Assembly: GCA_012744445.1 (NCBI GenBank)
Contig: JAAYBZ010000138.1
Span: 845 to 64,844, forward strand
Reading direction: 5' to 3'
From: Myxococcales bacterium
GTDB lineage: Bacteria; Myxococcota_A; Polyangia; Polyangiales; Houyiibacteriaceae
DNA: 64,000 bases
Shown here: piece by piece, positions 53,791 through 62,289 of the stretch
Numbering within the stretch: the stretch's first letter is position 1
How the letters are laid out: the number at the start of each line of letters is the position of its first letter
Position numbers and translations under genes: made by a program
Notes under the pieces: model-generated
Seen by the model: only the letters and a program-made list of their open reading frames with translations
Databases searched by the model: none
What the model was told of the DNA's origin: nothing

Positions 53791-54942
53791 TCAGCGCACG
53801 CCGCTCTTCTTGCGCGCGATCACCATCTTCATGATGTTCGCCGTCCCGTCGCCGATCTGGAGGCCGAGCACGTCGCGCAGGCGCTGCTCGAAGGGCAGCT
53901 CGCGGCTGTAGCCCGCGTGACCGTGCGCGAGGAGACAGTGGTGCACGACGTCGAAGGCGAGCTTCGGCGCCCACCACTTGGCCATCGCGGCGAGCTCGGT
54001 GTGCTCGCGACCGCGATCCTTCATGGAGAGCGCCTTGAGGCAGATGAGGCGCGCTGCCTCCACGTAGGTCTCGTCCTCGGCGAGCGGGAAGCTCACGCCC
54101 TGGAAGCTCGCGAGCTTCTTGCCGAAGGCCTCGCGCTCGGCGACGTACTGCCAGGTCTCGCGCAGGCTCTCGCGCGCGATCGCGAGGCATTGCAGCCCGA
54201 TGAGCGCGCGGCTGAAGTCGAAGCCCTGCATCACCTGGGTGAAGCCCTTGTTCTCCGCGCCGAGGAGGTGGTCCTTGGGCACGCGCACGTTGTCGAAGAA
54301 GATCGAGCCGCGCCCGATGCAGTGCTCGCCGAGATCGTCGAAGCGCGTGCGTGTGATGCCGGGGAGGTCCATCGGCACGCAGAACGCGCTCACGCCGTGC
54401 GCGCGCGACTCGACGGTGCCCGTGCGGGCGAAGACCACGGCGACGTCGCAGAGATCGCCGAAGGAGATGCTCGTCTTCTCGCCGTTGAGGACGTAGTAGT
54501 CGCCGTCACGCTTCGCCTCGAGGCGGATGGCGGCGGCGTCGCTCCCGTAGTCGGGCTCGGTGAGCGCGAGCGCGATGAGCGCCTCGCCGCTGCAGATCCG
54601 AGGCAGCCAGTGGCGCTTGATCTCCTCGTTCGCGTTCTCCACGAGGACGTGCGCGTTGAGCGAGCCGAGGAGCTGCACGTAGGCCACGTTGAAGTCGCCG
54701 GCGGCGATCTCCTCCATGACGAGGCCGCTCGTGACGAAGTCGAGGCCCGCGCCGCCGTACTCCTCGGGGATCTCCACGCAGATCAGCCCGAGCTCGCCCA
54801 TCCGGCGGACGAGCCCGCGATCGAGCACGCGGCTCTTGTCGCGCTCGCGATAACCGGGGGCGAGCGCCTCCTTGGCGAAGGCCGCGGCCGTCCTGACGAT
54901 CTCTTCCTGTTCGGGGCTGAGCGTGAAGTCCATGGCGGACAA
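53791..54942 (-). CDS. acyl-CoA dehydrogenase
   Basis: 383 aa. Contains LTEPDYGSDA, YYVLNGEKTSIS and the C-terminal QIGDGTANIMK region. Confidence 0.9.
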   Translation of the reverse strand: MSAMDFTLSPEQEEIVRTAAAFAKEALAPGYRERDKSRVLDRGLVRRMGELGLICVEIPEEYGGAGLDFVTSGLVMEEIAAGDFNVAYVQLLGSLNAHVLVENANEEIKRHWLPRICSGEALIALALTEPDYGSDAAAIRLEAKRDGDYYVLNGEKTSISFGDLCDVAVVFARTGTVESRAHGVSAFCVPMDLPGITRTRFDDLGEHCIGRGSIFFDNVRVPKDHLLGAENKGFTQVMQGFDFSRALIGLQCLAIARESLRETWQYVAEREAFGKKLASFQGVSFPLAEDETYVEAARLICLKALSMKDRGREHTELAAMAKWWAPKLAFDVVHHCLLAHGHAGYSRELPFEQRLRDVLGLQIGDGTANIMKMVIARKKSGVR

Positions 54943-54975
54943 TTAGCGCCCGAGCGGCCTCGAATCGAGCGCGAA

Positions 54976-56190
54976 TCAGTACCAGGCGGTCGCGCCGAGC
55001 GTGATCGTGTTCTGCCGGCGCGCGTTGGCGACGTAGGGCGAGCCCGGCGAGCCATCGCCCATCACCTGACGGCGGTAGAAGACGTCGCTCGCCGCGGAGT
55101 CGAAGCGGTGCTCGAGGCGGAAGGAGACGTTGCGGTGCGGCCGGTAGTCGAGCGTCGAGGTGAGCGAGCCGAGGCGCTTGGTGGGCCAGAAGATCGGCGT
55201 GGCGGTGTCGGCTCCGTCCCGCGCCACGTACTCGCGGAAGACGTCACCCCGGAGGGCGAAACGGAGCACCTCCTCGAGGATGGTGACGCGGGCGTAGAGG
55301 GCGCTCGCGACCCAGCCGCTCGAGCCGAAGCGGGTCGGCTCGACGCCGCCGTCGAAGTGCAGGCCGAAGTGGAGCCGCCGGTGGGCCTCGGCGAGCATCT
55401 GGAGGTCGAAGAGGTGCCGCCAGTGCTGGCCCTCCGGCGCGCCGGTCGGGCGCTCGATGCCGGTGAAGTAGACGAAGGCGATGGCGATCGCGTCGAGCGG
55501 CATGAGCTGCACGTCGAAGGCGATGGACTTCCCGTCGTTGTCGTCGACGACGCTGTTCCAGCCGTTGTAGGCGGCGAGCGTGGCGACGATCATGTCGCTC
55601 AGCGCGTAGGAGAGCTTCACGCCCGTGTGGTAGATGGGCAGCGCGAAGAAGAGGTTCGAGCGCGACCACTGGTCGCTCGAGTGGATCGCGAGCGTCTCGA
55701 GCCCCACCGGCGAGAGGAAGATGCCCGCCGCGACGGAGAGCCCGTCGACCTTGGCGAAGCGGTAGCCCGCGTAGGCCTCCTGCACGTACTTGAAGACCTC
55801 GGCCGAGGTGGCGTTGGTGCCGCTCGCGCCCGGGAAGGAGGGCTCCTTCAGGTAGTAGGTGCTCGGTGTGTGGCCGACCTGGAGCATCACCCGCCCGAAG
55901 GCGCCGCGCGCGTCGAACGAGCCGCCGAGCGCGAGGTTGGTGAGCGTGAAGGTGTTGTGTCGGTTGTCGAAGCCGCGGAGGTGCGTGATGCGGTTCGAGG
56001 GCCGGTTGAAGTTCCACTGGTAGTGGGTCTCGACGTAGGCCTCGATCTCGTAGGGCTTCTTCTCCTCGACGGGCTCGAAGGGCGCGCCGGCGTCGTCGGC
56101 GCGCGCGATTCGAGGCGCCGCGAGCGCGAGGACGAGGCCGAGGAGGGCGAGCGCGCGGCCGCGGCGCGGCGGGGACGACGGGCGCTTCAT
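54976..56190 (-). CDS. outer-membrane beta-barrel porin-like protein
   Basis: 404 aa from ATG 56190, which overlaps the upstream stop (ATGA). Signal peptide ...PRIARA-DD, alternating strands, and a terminal aromatic TAWY. Confidence 0.6.
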   Translation of the reverse strand: MKRPSSPPRRGRALALLGLVLALAAPRIARADDAGAPFEPVEEKKPYEIEAYVETHYQWNFNRPSNRITHLRGFDNRHNTFTLTNLALGGSFDARGAFGRVMLQVGHTPSTYYLKEPSFPGASGTNATSAEVFKYVQEAYAGYRFAKVDGLSVAAGIFLSPVGLETLAIHSSDQWSRSNLFFALPIYHTGVKLSYALSDMIVATLAAYNGWNSVVDDNDGKSIAFDVQLMPLDAIAIAFVYFTGIERPTGAPEGQHWRHLFDLQMLAEAHRRLHFGLHFDGGVEPTRFGSSGWVASALYARVTILEEVLRFALRGDVFREYVARDGADTATPIFWPTKRLGSLTSTLDYRPHRNVSFRLEHRFDSAASDVFYRRQVMGDGSPGSPYVANARRQNTITLGATAWY

Positions 56191-57014
56191 GCGGCGAGCT
56201 GGATGAGGCTCTGGCCCTTCTCGACGCGGACCTCGCGGTATTTCGCGCCCTCGATCTCCACGCCGAGCTCGCGGCGCACCTCGACGAGGGGCCGCTCGAG
56301 GAGCGGGATCCAGTCCACCGTGGGGAACCACTTGGCCCGGCGGCCACGGCGATAGCCTTCGACGATGGCCCTGCGGCCGTCGCGGTCGATGGGTGTGGGG
56401 AGTACGGGGCCGAGCGCCGCCGAGATGCCCACGAGGAGGCCCACGCCGAGGTTGCCGAGCTGCGCGAAGCTGAAGGCGAGGAGCGCGAGCTCGCCCACCA
56501 CGTCGCCGTGATAGCCCGTGACCACGTGCCAGACGTCGTGCACGTCGCGGAGGTAGCCCGCGATGAAGTCGGCCTCCCCCTTGCCCTTGAGCAGACGCGT
56601 GCCCTTGACGCTCGCCTCGACGAGGCCGTCGGCCGAGATGTTCTCGCGCGTGACGAACTCGAGGTACGCGCGGCCGAGGCTGCCGTCGGGGAGCGCCGCG
56701 AGGCGCGCGCGGTCGGAGAGCACCGCGACGAGGTTGGGTCGCCGCGCGAGGAGGTCCTTGCCGCGGGGCGACTCGACGAAATGCCCCATGGCGCGGTACT
56801 CGAGGGGACCGATCAGCGACGAGAAGAGCGTGAAGACGTGCGAGGTCTCGTGCGGATCGAAGATGATGCCCTTGAGCCCGGGGAGGATCCCGCTCGGCGT
56901 GAACATCGGCACGCCGGCCTCGCGCATGATCTCCTGGGCGCGGCGGAAGCGTCGGATCTCTTCGCGGAGGCTGGCCCGCGGATGCGGATCGGCGATCGAC
57001 ATGGGCCGAATCAT
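56187..57014 (-). CDS. Coq4-family protein
   Basis: [20 protein letters not shown] fits the Coq4 HDxxH-x(10-11)-E metal motif. Confidence 0.6.
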   Translation of the reverse strand: MIRPMSIADPHPRASLREEIRRFRRAQEIMREAGVPMFTPSGILPGLKGIIFDPHETSHVFTLFSSLIGPLEYRAMGHFVESPRGKDLLARRPNLVAVLSDRARLAALPDGSLGRAYLEFVTRENISADGLVEASVKGTRLLKGKGEADFIAGYLRDVHDVWHVVTGYHGDVVGELALLAFSFAQLGNLGVGLLVGISAALGPVLPTPIDRDGRRAIVEGYRRGRRAKWFPTVDWIPLLERPLVEVRRELGVEIEGAKYREVRVEKGQSLIQLAA

Positions 57015-57069
57015 AGACGAGGGGGCCCGCGATGGCGAGATGCGCTCGTCCGAGCGGCGAGGAGAGGCT

Positions 57070-57690
57070 ATGAAGCGACCGATGAAGACCTTCTTCGAGC
57101 GCTACAGGCCCCACCCGTGGCACGGGCTCCCCGTGGGTCCCAACCCCCCCGAGGTGGTCAGCGCCTACATCGAGATCACGCCGTTCGACACGGTGAAATT
57201 CGAGATCGACAAGGAGACGGGCTACCTCCACGTGGATCGCCCGCAGGCCTTCAACTCGCTGCCGCCCACGCTCTACGGGTTCATCCCGCGCACCTATTGT
57301 GGGGAGCGCGTGGCCAAGCTCGCCGGGACCGACAAGGGCGACGGCGATCCCCTCGACGTGTGCGTGCTCTCCGAGCGGCCGATCGATCGCGCCGACATCC
57401 TCCTCAAGGCGCGCCCCGTCGGCGGGCTCCTGATGATCGACCACGGCGAAGCCGACGACAAGATCATCGCCGTGCTCGAGCAGGACCCCGTGTGGGGCGG
57501 CGCGCGCGACATCCGCGAGATCCCGAGCTCGCTCGTCGAGCGGCTGCGCCACTACTTCCTCACGTACAAGTGGAAGCCCGGCGAGCCCAAGGACGAGCAG
57601 GTCACCGTCGACAGGATCTACGGCGCCGATGGGGCCGCCGCCGTCATCGAGGCGAGGATCGCGGACTACGACGCGCGCTTCGGCCGCTGA
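57070..57690 (+). CDS. ppa: inorganic pyrophosphatase (family I)
   Basis: GGAGAGG precedes ATG 57070. Contains [29 protein letters not shown] and [10 protein letters not shown]. Confidence 0.9.
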   Translation: MKRPMKTFFERYRPHPWHGLPVGPNPPEVVSAYIEITPFDTVKFEIDKETGYLHVDRPQAFNSLPPTLYGFIPRTYCGERVAKLAGTDKGDGDPLDVCVLSERPIDRADILLKARPVGGLLMIDHGEADDKIIAVLEQDPVWGGARDIREIPSSLVERLRHYFLTYKWKPGEPKDEQVTVDRIYGADGAAAVIEARIADYDARFGR

Positions 57691-57693
57691 GGC

Positions 57694-59202
57694 TCAGACC
57701 GGGGCGATCCGCATCACCCCGCGCCACATGCCGAGGTAGGCCGTGCCGCTCGGTCCGAGCGTGAGGGTGGCCCAGCCGTTGTCGTGCTCTTGTCGCTGCG
57801 GGCCTTCGAAGACGGGTTGGTCGTAGACGACGTTGCCCGTCGCGAAGTCCACGCCGATGAGGCTCCAGCGCCAGACGCCCTTGCGCTCGGCGAGCTTTCC
57901 GTCCGGTTTGGGCTTCTGGATCCACTTCATCGCGTAGATGTAGATGAGCCCGTTCTGGAGGGAGAGCTTGGGCGTGCTCGACATCAGGTCGACGTCGCGC
58001 GCGTACCACTTCTTCACCAGCCTGCGGGTCGTGGGATCGACGTCGAGGCGGATGAGGCCGGGCGACTTCACGAGCTTGTCGATCTGGAACGGGTTCATGT
58101 ACCCGAAGGTGTTGCCCGCGACGATGCTCCGGCCGTGGCCGACGAACGAGTTCTCGCAGGCCGACCCCGGCTGGTCGGCGAAGACCGGGTGCTCGTCGAG
58201 GAGCTCGCCCGTGCGCTGATCGAAGAGGCAGACGTTCATCACGGGCGAGTTGTCGCCGATGGCCACGTAGTCGTCGCCGAGGAGGGTGGGCGTGGTGCCC
58301 GAGCCGGGCGCGAGGAGGCCGGGCTTGGGCACGCCGGGGTCGTAGGGCGTGCGGAATTTCTGGAGGATCTTCCCCGCGCCGAGCTCGAAGCGATAGAGCG
58401 CGCCCTCGCTCACGACGATGAGGCCGTTCCGGCTCATCGAGCACGAGTTGCCGATGGGCTCGCCGAGCTGGATCGTGGGGATCTGCGGCGCCTGGGTGGG
58501 CGGCCGCGCAATGCCCACGCGCCCCGCCTCGGTGATGAACCAGTAGCCGAGCGGCGCCGCCTTGTCGGGCGAGCCGACGTTCTTCGTGTCCATCACGGGC
58601 ATGCACGAGGTGAGCTTGTCGTCGGCGGGGATGTCCGCCTTCAGCCGGTAGAGCACCTCGAAGTACCTGCTCGGTCGATCGGGGCGCTGCGCGATCACCC
58701 AGATCTCGTTGTCGATCGTGGGCACCACGATGCGGTCGTGGATGTCGATCACGAAATAGCTGCCGCCCGAGGTGCTCTTGAAGACGCGGTCGATGTCGAA
58801 GAGCGCCTTGAACGCGCTCACGCTCCGCGGCGGGAGCGCAAGTCCGTAGAGCGGCTCGAGCGTGTGCGGGTGCAGCCGCAGCAGCGTCGTCGAGCCGGCC
58901 GAGAAGGAGATCGTGAGGACGCGCCCCTGCGAGTCGATGCCGAAGGACGGGCAGATGCCCGCGAATTTGGCGGCCTGGTTCTGCCAGTAGGTGATCTCGC
59001 AGCGCTTCGCGTAGGGACCCGGCCAGACGCTCGAGTCGCTCGCGTAGACGTCTTCGTGCATCGTGCGCGTGCCCGAGCCCACCTGCGGGAGCGGCGGGTT
59101 CGGCGGGCCGAGGTCGGGCGAGACGGTGTAGGGCAGGACGCGCGCGTCGCTCGGCGCTTTGACCTTCTTGGGCTTCGAGGCGAGGACGTCTTTGAGGGCC
59201 AT
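57694..59202 (-). CDS. hypothetical 502-aa beta-rich protein
   Basis: Clean ORF with coding-like G/C third positions. No signal peptide and no recognised family. Repeated short beta-strand/turn patterns suggest a propeller-like fold (inference). Confidence 0.5.
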   Translation of the reverse strand: MALKDVLASKPKKVKAPSDARVLPYTVSPDLGPPNPPLPQVGSGTRTMHEDVYASDSSVWPGPYAKRCEITYWQNQAAKFAGICPSFGIDSQGRVLTISFSAGSTTLLRLHPHTLEPLYGLALPPRSVSAFKALFDIDRVFKSTSGGSYFVIDIHDRIVVPTIDNEIWVIAQRPDRPSRYFEVLYRLKADIPADDKLTSCMPVMDTKNVGSPDKAAPLGYWFITEAGRVGIARPPTQAPQIPTIQLGEPIGNSCSMSRNGLIVVSEGALYRFELGAGKILQKFRTPYDPGVPKPGLLAPGSGTTPTLLGDDYVAIGDNSPVMNVCLFDQRTGELLDEHPVFADQPGSACENSFVGHGRSIVAGNTFGYMNPFQIDKLVKSPGLIRLDVDPTTRRLVKKWYARDVDLMSSTPKLSLQNGLIYIYAMKWIQKPKPDGKLAERKGVWRWSLIGVDFATGNVVYDQPVFEGPQRQEHDNGWATLTLGPSGTAYLGMWRGVMRIAPV

Positions 59203-59264
59203 GCCCCCTCGTACAGCGAACGGCCGCGCGTCGTAAAGAGGCTCCGATCACCCGCGGGGGCGTC

Positions 59265-60092
59265 TCAGGACTCGAGGCGATCCTTGAACTGCGGGTAGAA
59301 GTACCGGACGCTCTGCTTGGCCAGCGTGAGCGAGAGCTTCTTGGGGAGGAGCCGCCCGAAGAGCAGCGCGGCGAGGCGATCGCCCGCGCTCGAGACGTAG
59401 CTCGGCGTCTTCCCGAGGTGGGCGAGCGCCTCCTCCGCCACCTCGCGCGGCTCGCGGATGAGGTATTTCGCCCGCCCCACGTCGACGTTGGAGCCGAGGA
59501 GGGCGTTGGTCCGGGTCATGCCGGGCGCGAGCGCGAGGACGTCGATCCCCTCGCCGCGGAGCTCTTCGTAGAGGGCCTCGGCGAGCGCGAGCGTATAGGC
59601 CTTGGTCGCTGCGTAATTCGCGATGAGCGGGGTGTGGAGGAAGGCCGAGTTGGAGCTGAGGAGGACGATGCCGCCTCGCTTCCGCGCGCGCATCCGCTGC
59701 CCGAAGCGGTGCGTGAGCGCGAGGCTCGCGCGGCAGTGGAGATCGAGCGCCGCGAGCTGCGGCTCGAGCGGGAGGTCGAGGAAGGGCCCGAGGAGCGCGA
59801 TCCCCGCGTTGCTCACGAGGAGGCCGACCTCGTGCCGGTCGCGCATGGCCGCCACCGCCTCGACGAAGGCGGGGTCGGTGAGGTCGCCGGTCATGGCGTG
59901 GACCTCGACCCCGTGCGTGGCACGGAGCCGCTCCGCGAGCGCCTCGAGCGGCGAGGAGGGGAGGTCGACGAGCACGAGGTGGAGGCCGCGCGCGGCGAGG
60001 CTCTCGGCGAACGCCGCCCCGATGCCCGCGGCCGCGCCGGTCACCACGGCGTGCGTCCCATATCGTCGTCGAAAGTCGTCCGTGTCGGCCAT
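59265..60092 (-). CDS. SDR family oxidoreductase
   Basis: From ATG 60092, preceded by GGGAGG. Contains VVTGAAAGIG, SNAG and YAATKAY. Confidence 0.85.
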   Translation of the reverse strand: MADTDDFRRRYGTHAVVTGAAAGIGAAFAESLAARGLHLVLVDLPSSPLEALAERLRATHGVEVHAMTGDLTDPAFVEAVAAMRDRHEVGLLVSNAGIALLGPFLDLPLEPQLAALDLHCRASLALTHRFGQRMRARKRGGIVLLSSNSAFLHTPLIANYAATKAYTLALAEALYEELRGEGIDVLALAPGMTRTNALLGSNVDVGRAKYLIREPREVAEEALAHLGKTPSYVSSAGDRLAALLFGRLLPKKLSLTLAKQSVRYFYPQFKDRLES

Positions 60093-60201
60093 CCTGGCGC
60101 CTCCCCGCGAACGGTAGATTACCGAACGGCGGATCACGAGTTCAAACGACGCGGCCCCGCCCCGTGGCCCTCGCCCCGCCGAGCGGCTAAACCGGCGGTC
60201 G

Positions 60202-61728
60202 ATGGCACGATCCCCCCTCCTCCCCTTCGGGCTCGCGGTCCTGAGCGGTGCCCTGCACGGCCTCGGATGGGCGGGCTTCGGGTACTACCCGCTCGCCTTC
60301 GTCTGCTTCGTGCCGCTCCTCTTCGCGCTCGAGCGCGTGCGCGACGCCTCGTGGAAGCGGCGCTTCTCGGTGGGCCTCGTCCACGGCACGGTCGCCTACG
60401 GCGTCGGCTACCACTGGCTCGTCGAATTCCTCGAGACCTTCTCGGGCTACAGCTTCATCCCGAGCCTCTTCATCGGGGGCGTGTTCTTCGTCTATCTCGG
60501 CGTGCTCACGGCGCTCTTCGCGCTCGCCTACGGGCCGATGCGCGCGGGCGGCGCGGCGCCGACCTTCGCGCTCGTCTTGGGCGTCGTGGCGCTCGAGCGC
60601 TACTTCCCGACGCTCTTCCCCTCGCACCTCTCGGTCACGCTCCACGAGCTGCCGATCTTCCTCCAGGTCGTCGACCTCGGCGGGCCCTCGCTGCTCACGG
60701 CGATGATGCTCGCCGTGAACGGCGCGGTCTTCGAGGTCGCGCGCATGTTCCTCGCCCGCGGGCCCTTCCCCAGGCGCGAGCTCCTCGCCGCGGTCCTCGC
60801 CTTCGGCTTCGTGCTCGCCTACGGCGCCTATCGCATCGGCGAGGTCGGCGCGCGCGTCGCCGAGGCCACGCACGTCGAGGTGGGCCTCGTGCAGGCCAAC
60901 ATGGGCATCTTCCAGAAGCGCGAGGATCCGCGCGAGGGACACTTCCGCCACCTCGAGCAGAGCGTGCGCCTCGAGCGCGAAGGCGAGCTCGACCTCCTCG
61001 TCTGGCCGGAGTCGGCCTACCACTACGCGCTCCACGAGGACGAGACGAACGTCTCGCGCAGCGTGCGTGGGCCGCTCAAGACGCCGCTCCTCTTCGGCGG
61101 CATCGCGATCCGCGAGGTCGACGACGAGCTCCGCTACTTCAACACCGCGTACCTCACCGACGCGCAGGGCGAGATCGTCGGCACCTACGACAAGACCTAC
61201 CTGCTCATGTTCGGCGAGTACCTGCCCTTCGGCGAGCAGTTCCCCATCCTCTACGAGCTCTCGCCCAACTCGGGCCGCTTCACCAAGGGGACGCACACCC
61301 GCCCGCTCCTCCTCGGCGACATGCGGATCACGACCCTCATCTGCTACGAGGACGTGCTCCCGGAGTTCACGCGCGACGCCGTGCGCGCCGCCCACCCGAA
61401 CCTCCTCGTGAACATCACCAACGACGCGTGGTTCGGCGACACGCAGGAGCCCTACATCCACCTCGCGATGGCCAAGCTCCGCGCCGTCGAGCACCACCGC
61501 GCCCTCGTCCGCGCGACCAACAGCGGCGTGAGCGCGATCGTCTCGCCCACGGGCGAGATCGTGGAGCAGAGCGGCCTCCTCGAGCGCGCGAGCCTGCGCG
61601 CCTCCGTCCCCCTCCTCGACGACCGCACCCTCTTCGAGCGGCTCGGCTCCTGGCCGGCCGTCCTCTCGCTCTTCCTGGGCCTCTTCTACGTCGCCAAGGG
61701 AATCTTCCGCCCCGTGCGGGCCCGCTGA
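60202..61728 (+). CDS. lnt: apolipoprotein N-acyltransferase
   Basis: Polytopic N-terminal half. CN-hydrolase domain with LVWPESA, YDKTYLLMFGEYLPF and LICYE (Glu-Lys-Cys triad context). Confidence 0.9.
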   Translation: MARSPLLPFGLAVLSGALHGLGWAGFGYYPLAFVCFVPLLFALERVRDASWKRRFSVGLVHGTVAYGVGYHWLVEFLETFSGYSFIPSLFIGGVFFVYLGVLTALFALAYGPMRAGGAAPTFALVLGVVALERYFPTLFPSHLSVTLHELPIFLQVVDLGGPSLLTAMMLAVNGAVFEVARMFLARGPFPRRELLAAVLAFGFVLAYGAYRIGEVGARVAEATHVEVGLVQANMGIFQKREDPREGHFRHLEQSVRLEREGELDLLVWPESAYHYALHEDETNVSRSVRGPLKTPLLFGGIAIREVDDELRYFNTAYLTDAQGEIVGTYDKTYLLMFGEYLPFGEQFPILYELSPNSGRFTKGTHTRPLLLGDMRITTLICYEDVLPEFTRDAVRAAHPNLLVNITNDAWFGDTQEPYIHLAMAKLRAVEHHRALVRATNSGVSAIVSPTGEIVEQSGLLERASLRASVPLLDDRTLFERLGSWPAVLSLFLGLFYVAKGIFRPVRAR

Positions 61729-61785
61729 CGCGGCGCGCCGTTTACGCGGCCTCCGTGGTCCCTATGATGGGAGAGAGGGGGCCAC

Positions 61786-62286
61786 ATGCATCGAGAACGA
61801 TTTCATCTGAAGCGACTGACCCGTGAGGGCGTGAAGGGGGCGCTCGCCAAGGCCGAGCGGTACCGTCTCCTCAACCAGCCCGAGGCGGCGGAGAGCATCT
61901 GCCTCGACGTCCTCGACGTCGATCCCACCAACCAGGAGGCGCTCGACATGTTGATCGTCACGCTCTCCGACCAGCTCGGGAACGAGAGCCCGGGGCTCGC
62001 GCGGCGTGCGCTCGAGCTCACGCAGCTCGTCGAGGACGACTACCGACGCCACTACCTCCGAGGGCTCGTCCACGAGCGCGAGGGGCGCGCGGCGTTGCGG
62101 CGCGCGATGGGGGCGCACGCGGCCTACGAGTGCTTCCGCGAGGCGATGGAGCAATTCGAGCGCGCCGAGGCGATCCGGCCGCCCGGGGTCGACGACCCGA
62201 TCCTCCGGTGGAACAGCTGCGTGCGCATCATCCAGCGCGAAGGCCTCCGCCCCGAGCCGCACCAGGCGGAATTCCAGCTCGAGTGA
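61786..62286 (+). CDS. TPR-like helical hypothetical protein
   Basis: 166-aa helical-repeat ORF (AESICLDVLDVDPTNQEAL...). Confidence 0.5.
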   Translation: MHRERFHLKRLTREGVKGALAKAERYRLLNQPEAAESICLDVLDVDPTNQEALDMLIVTLSDQLGNESPGLARRALELTQLVEDDYRRHYLRGLVHEREGRAALRRAMGAHAAYECFREAMEQFERAEAIRPPGVDDPILRWNSCVRIIQREGLRPEPHQAEFQLE

Positions 62287-62289
62287 GGC

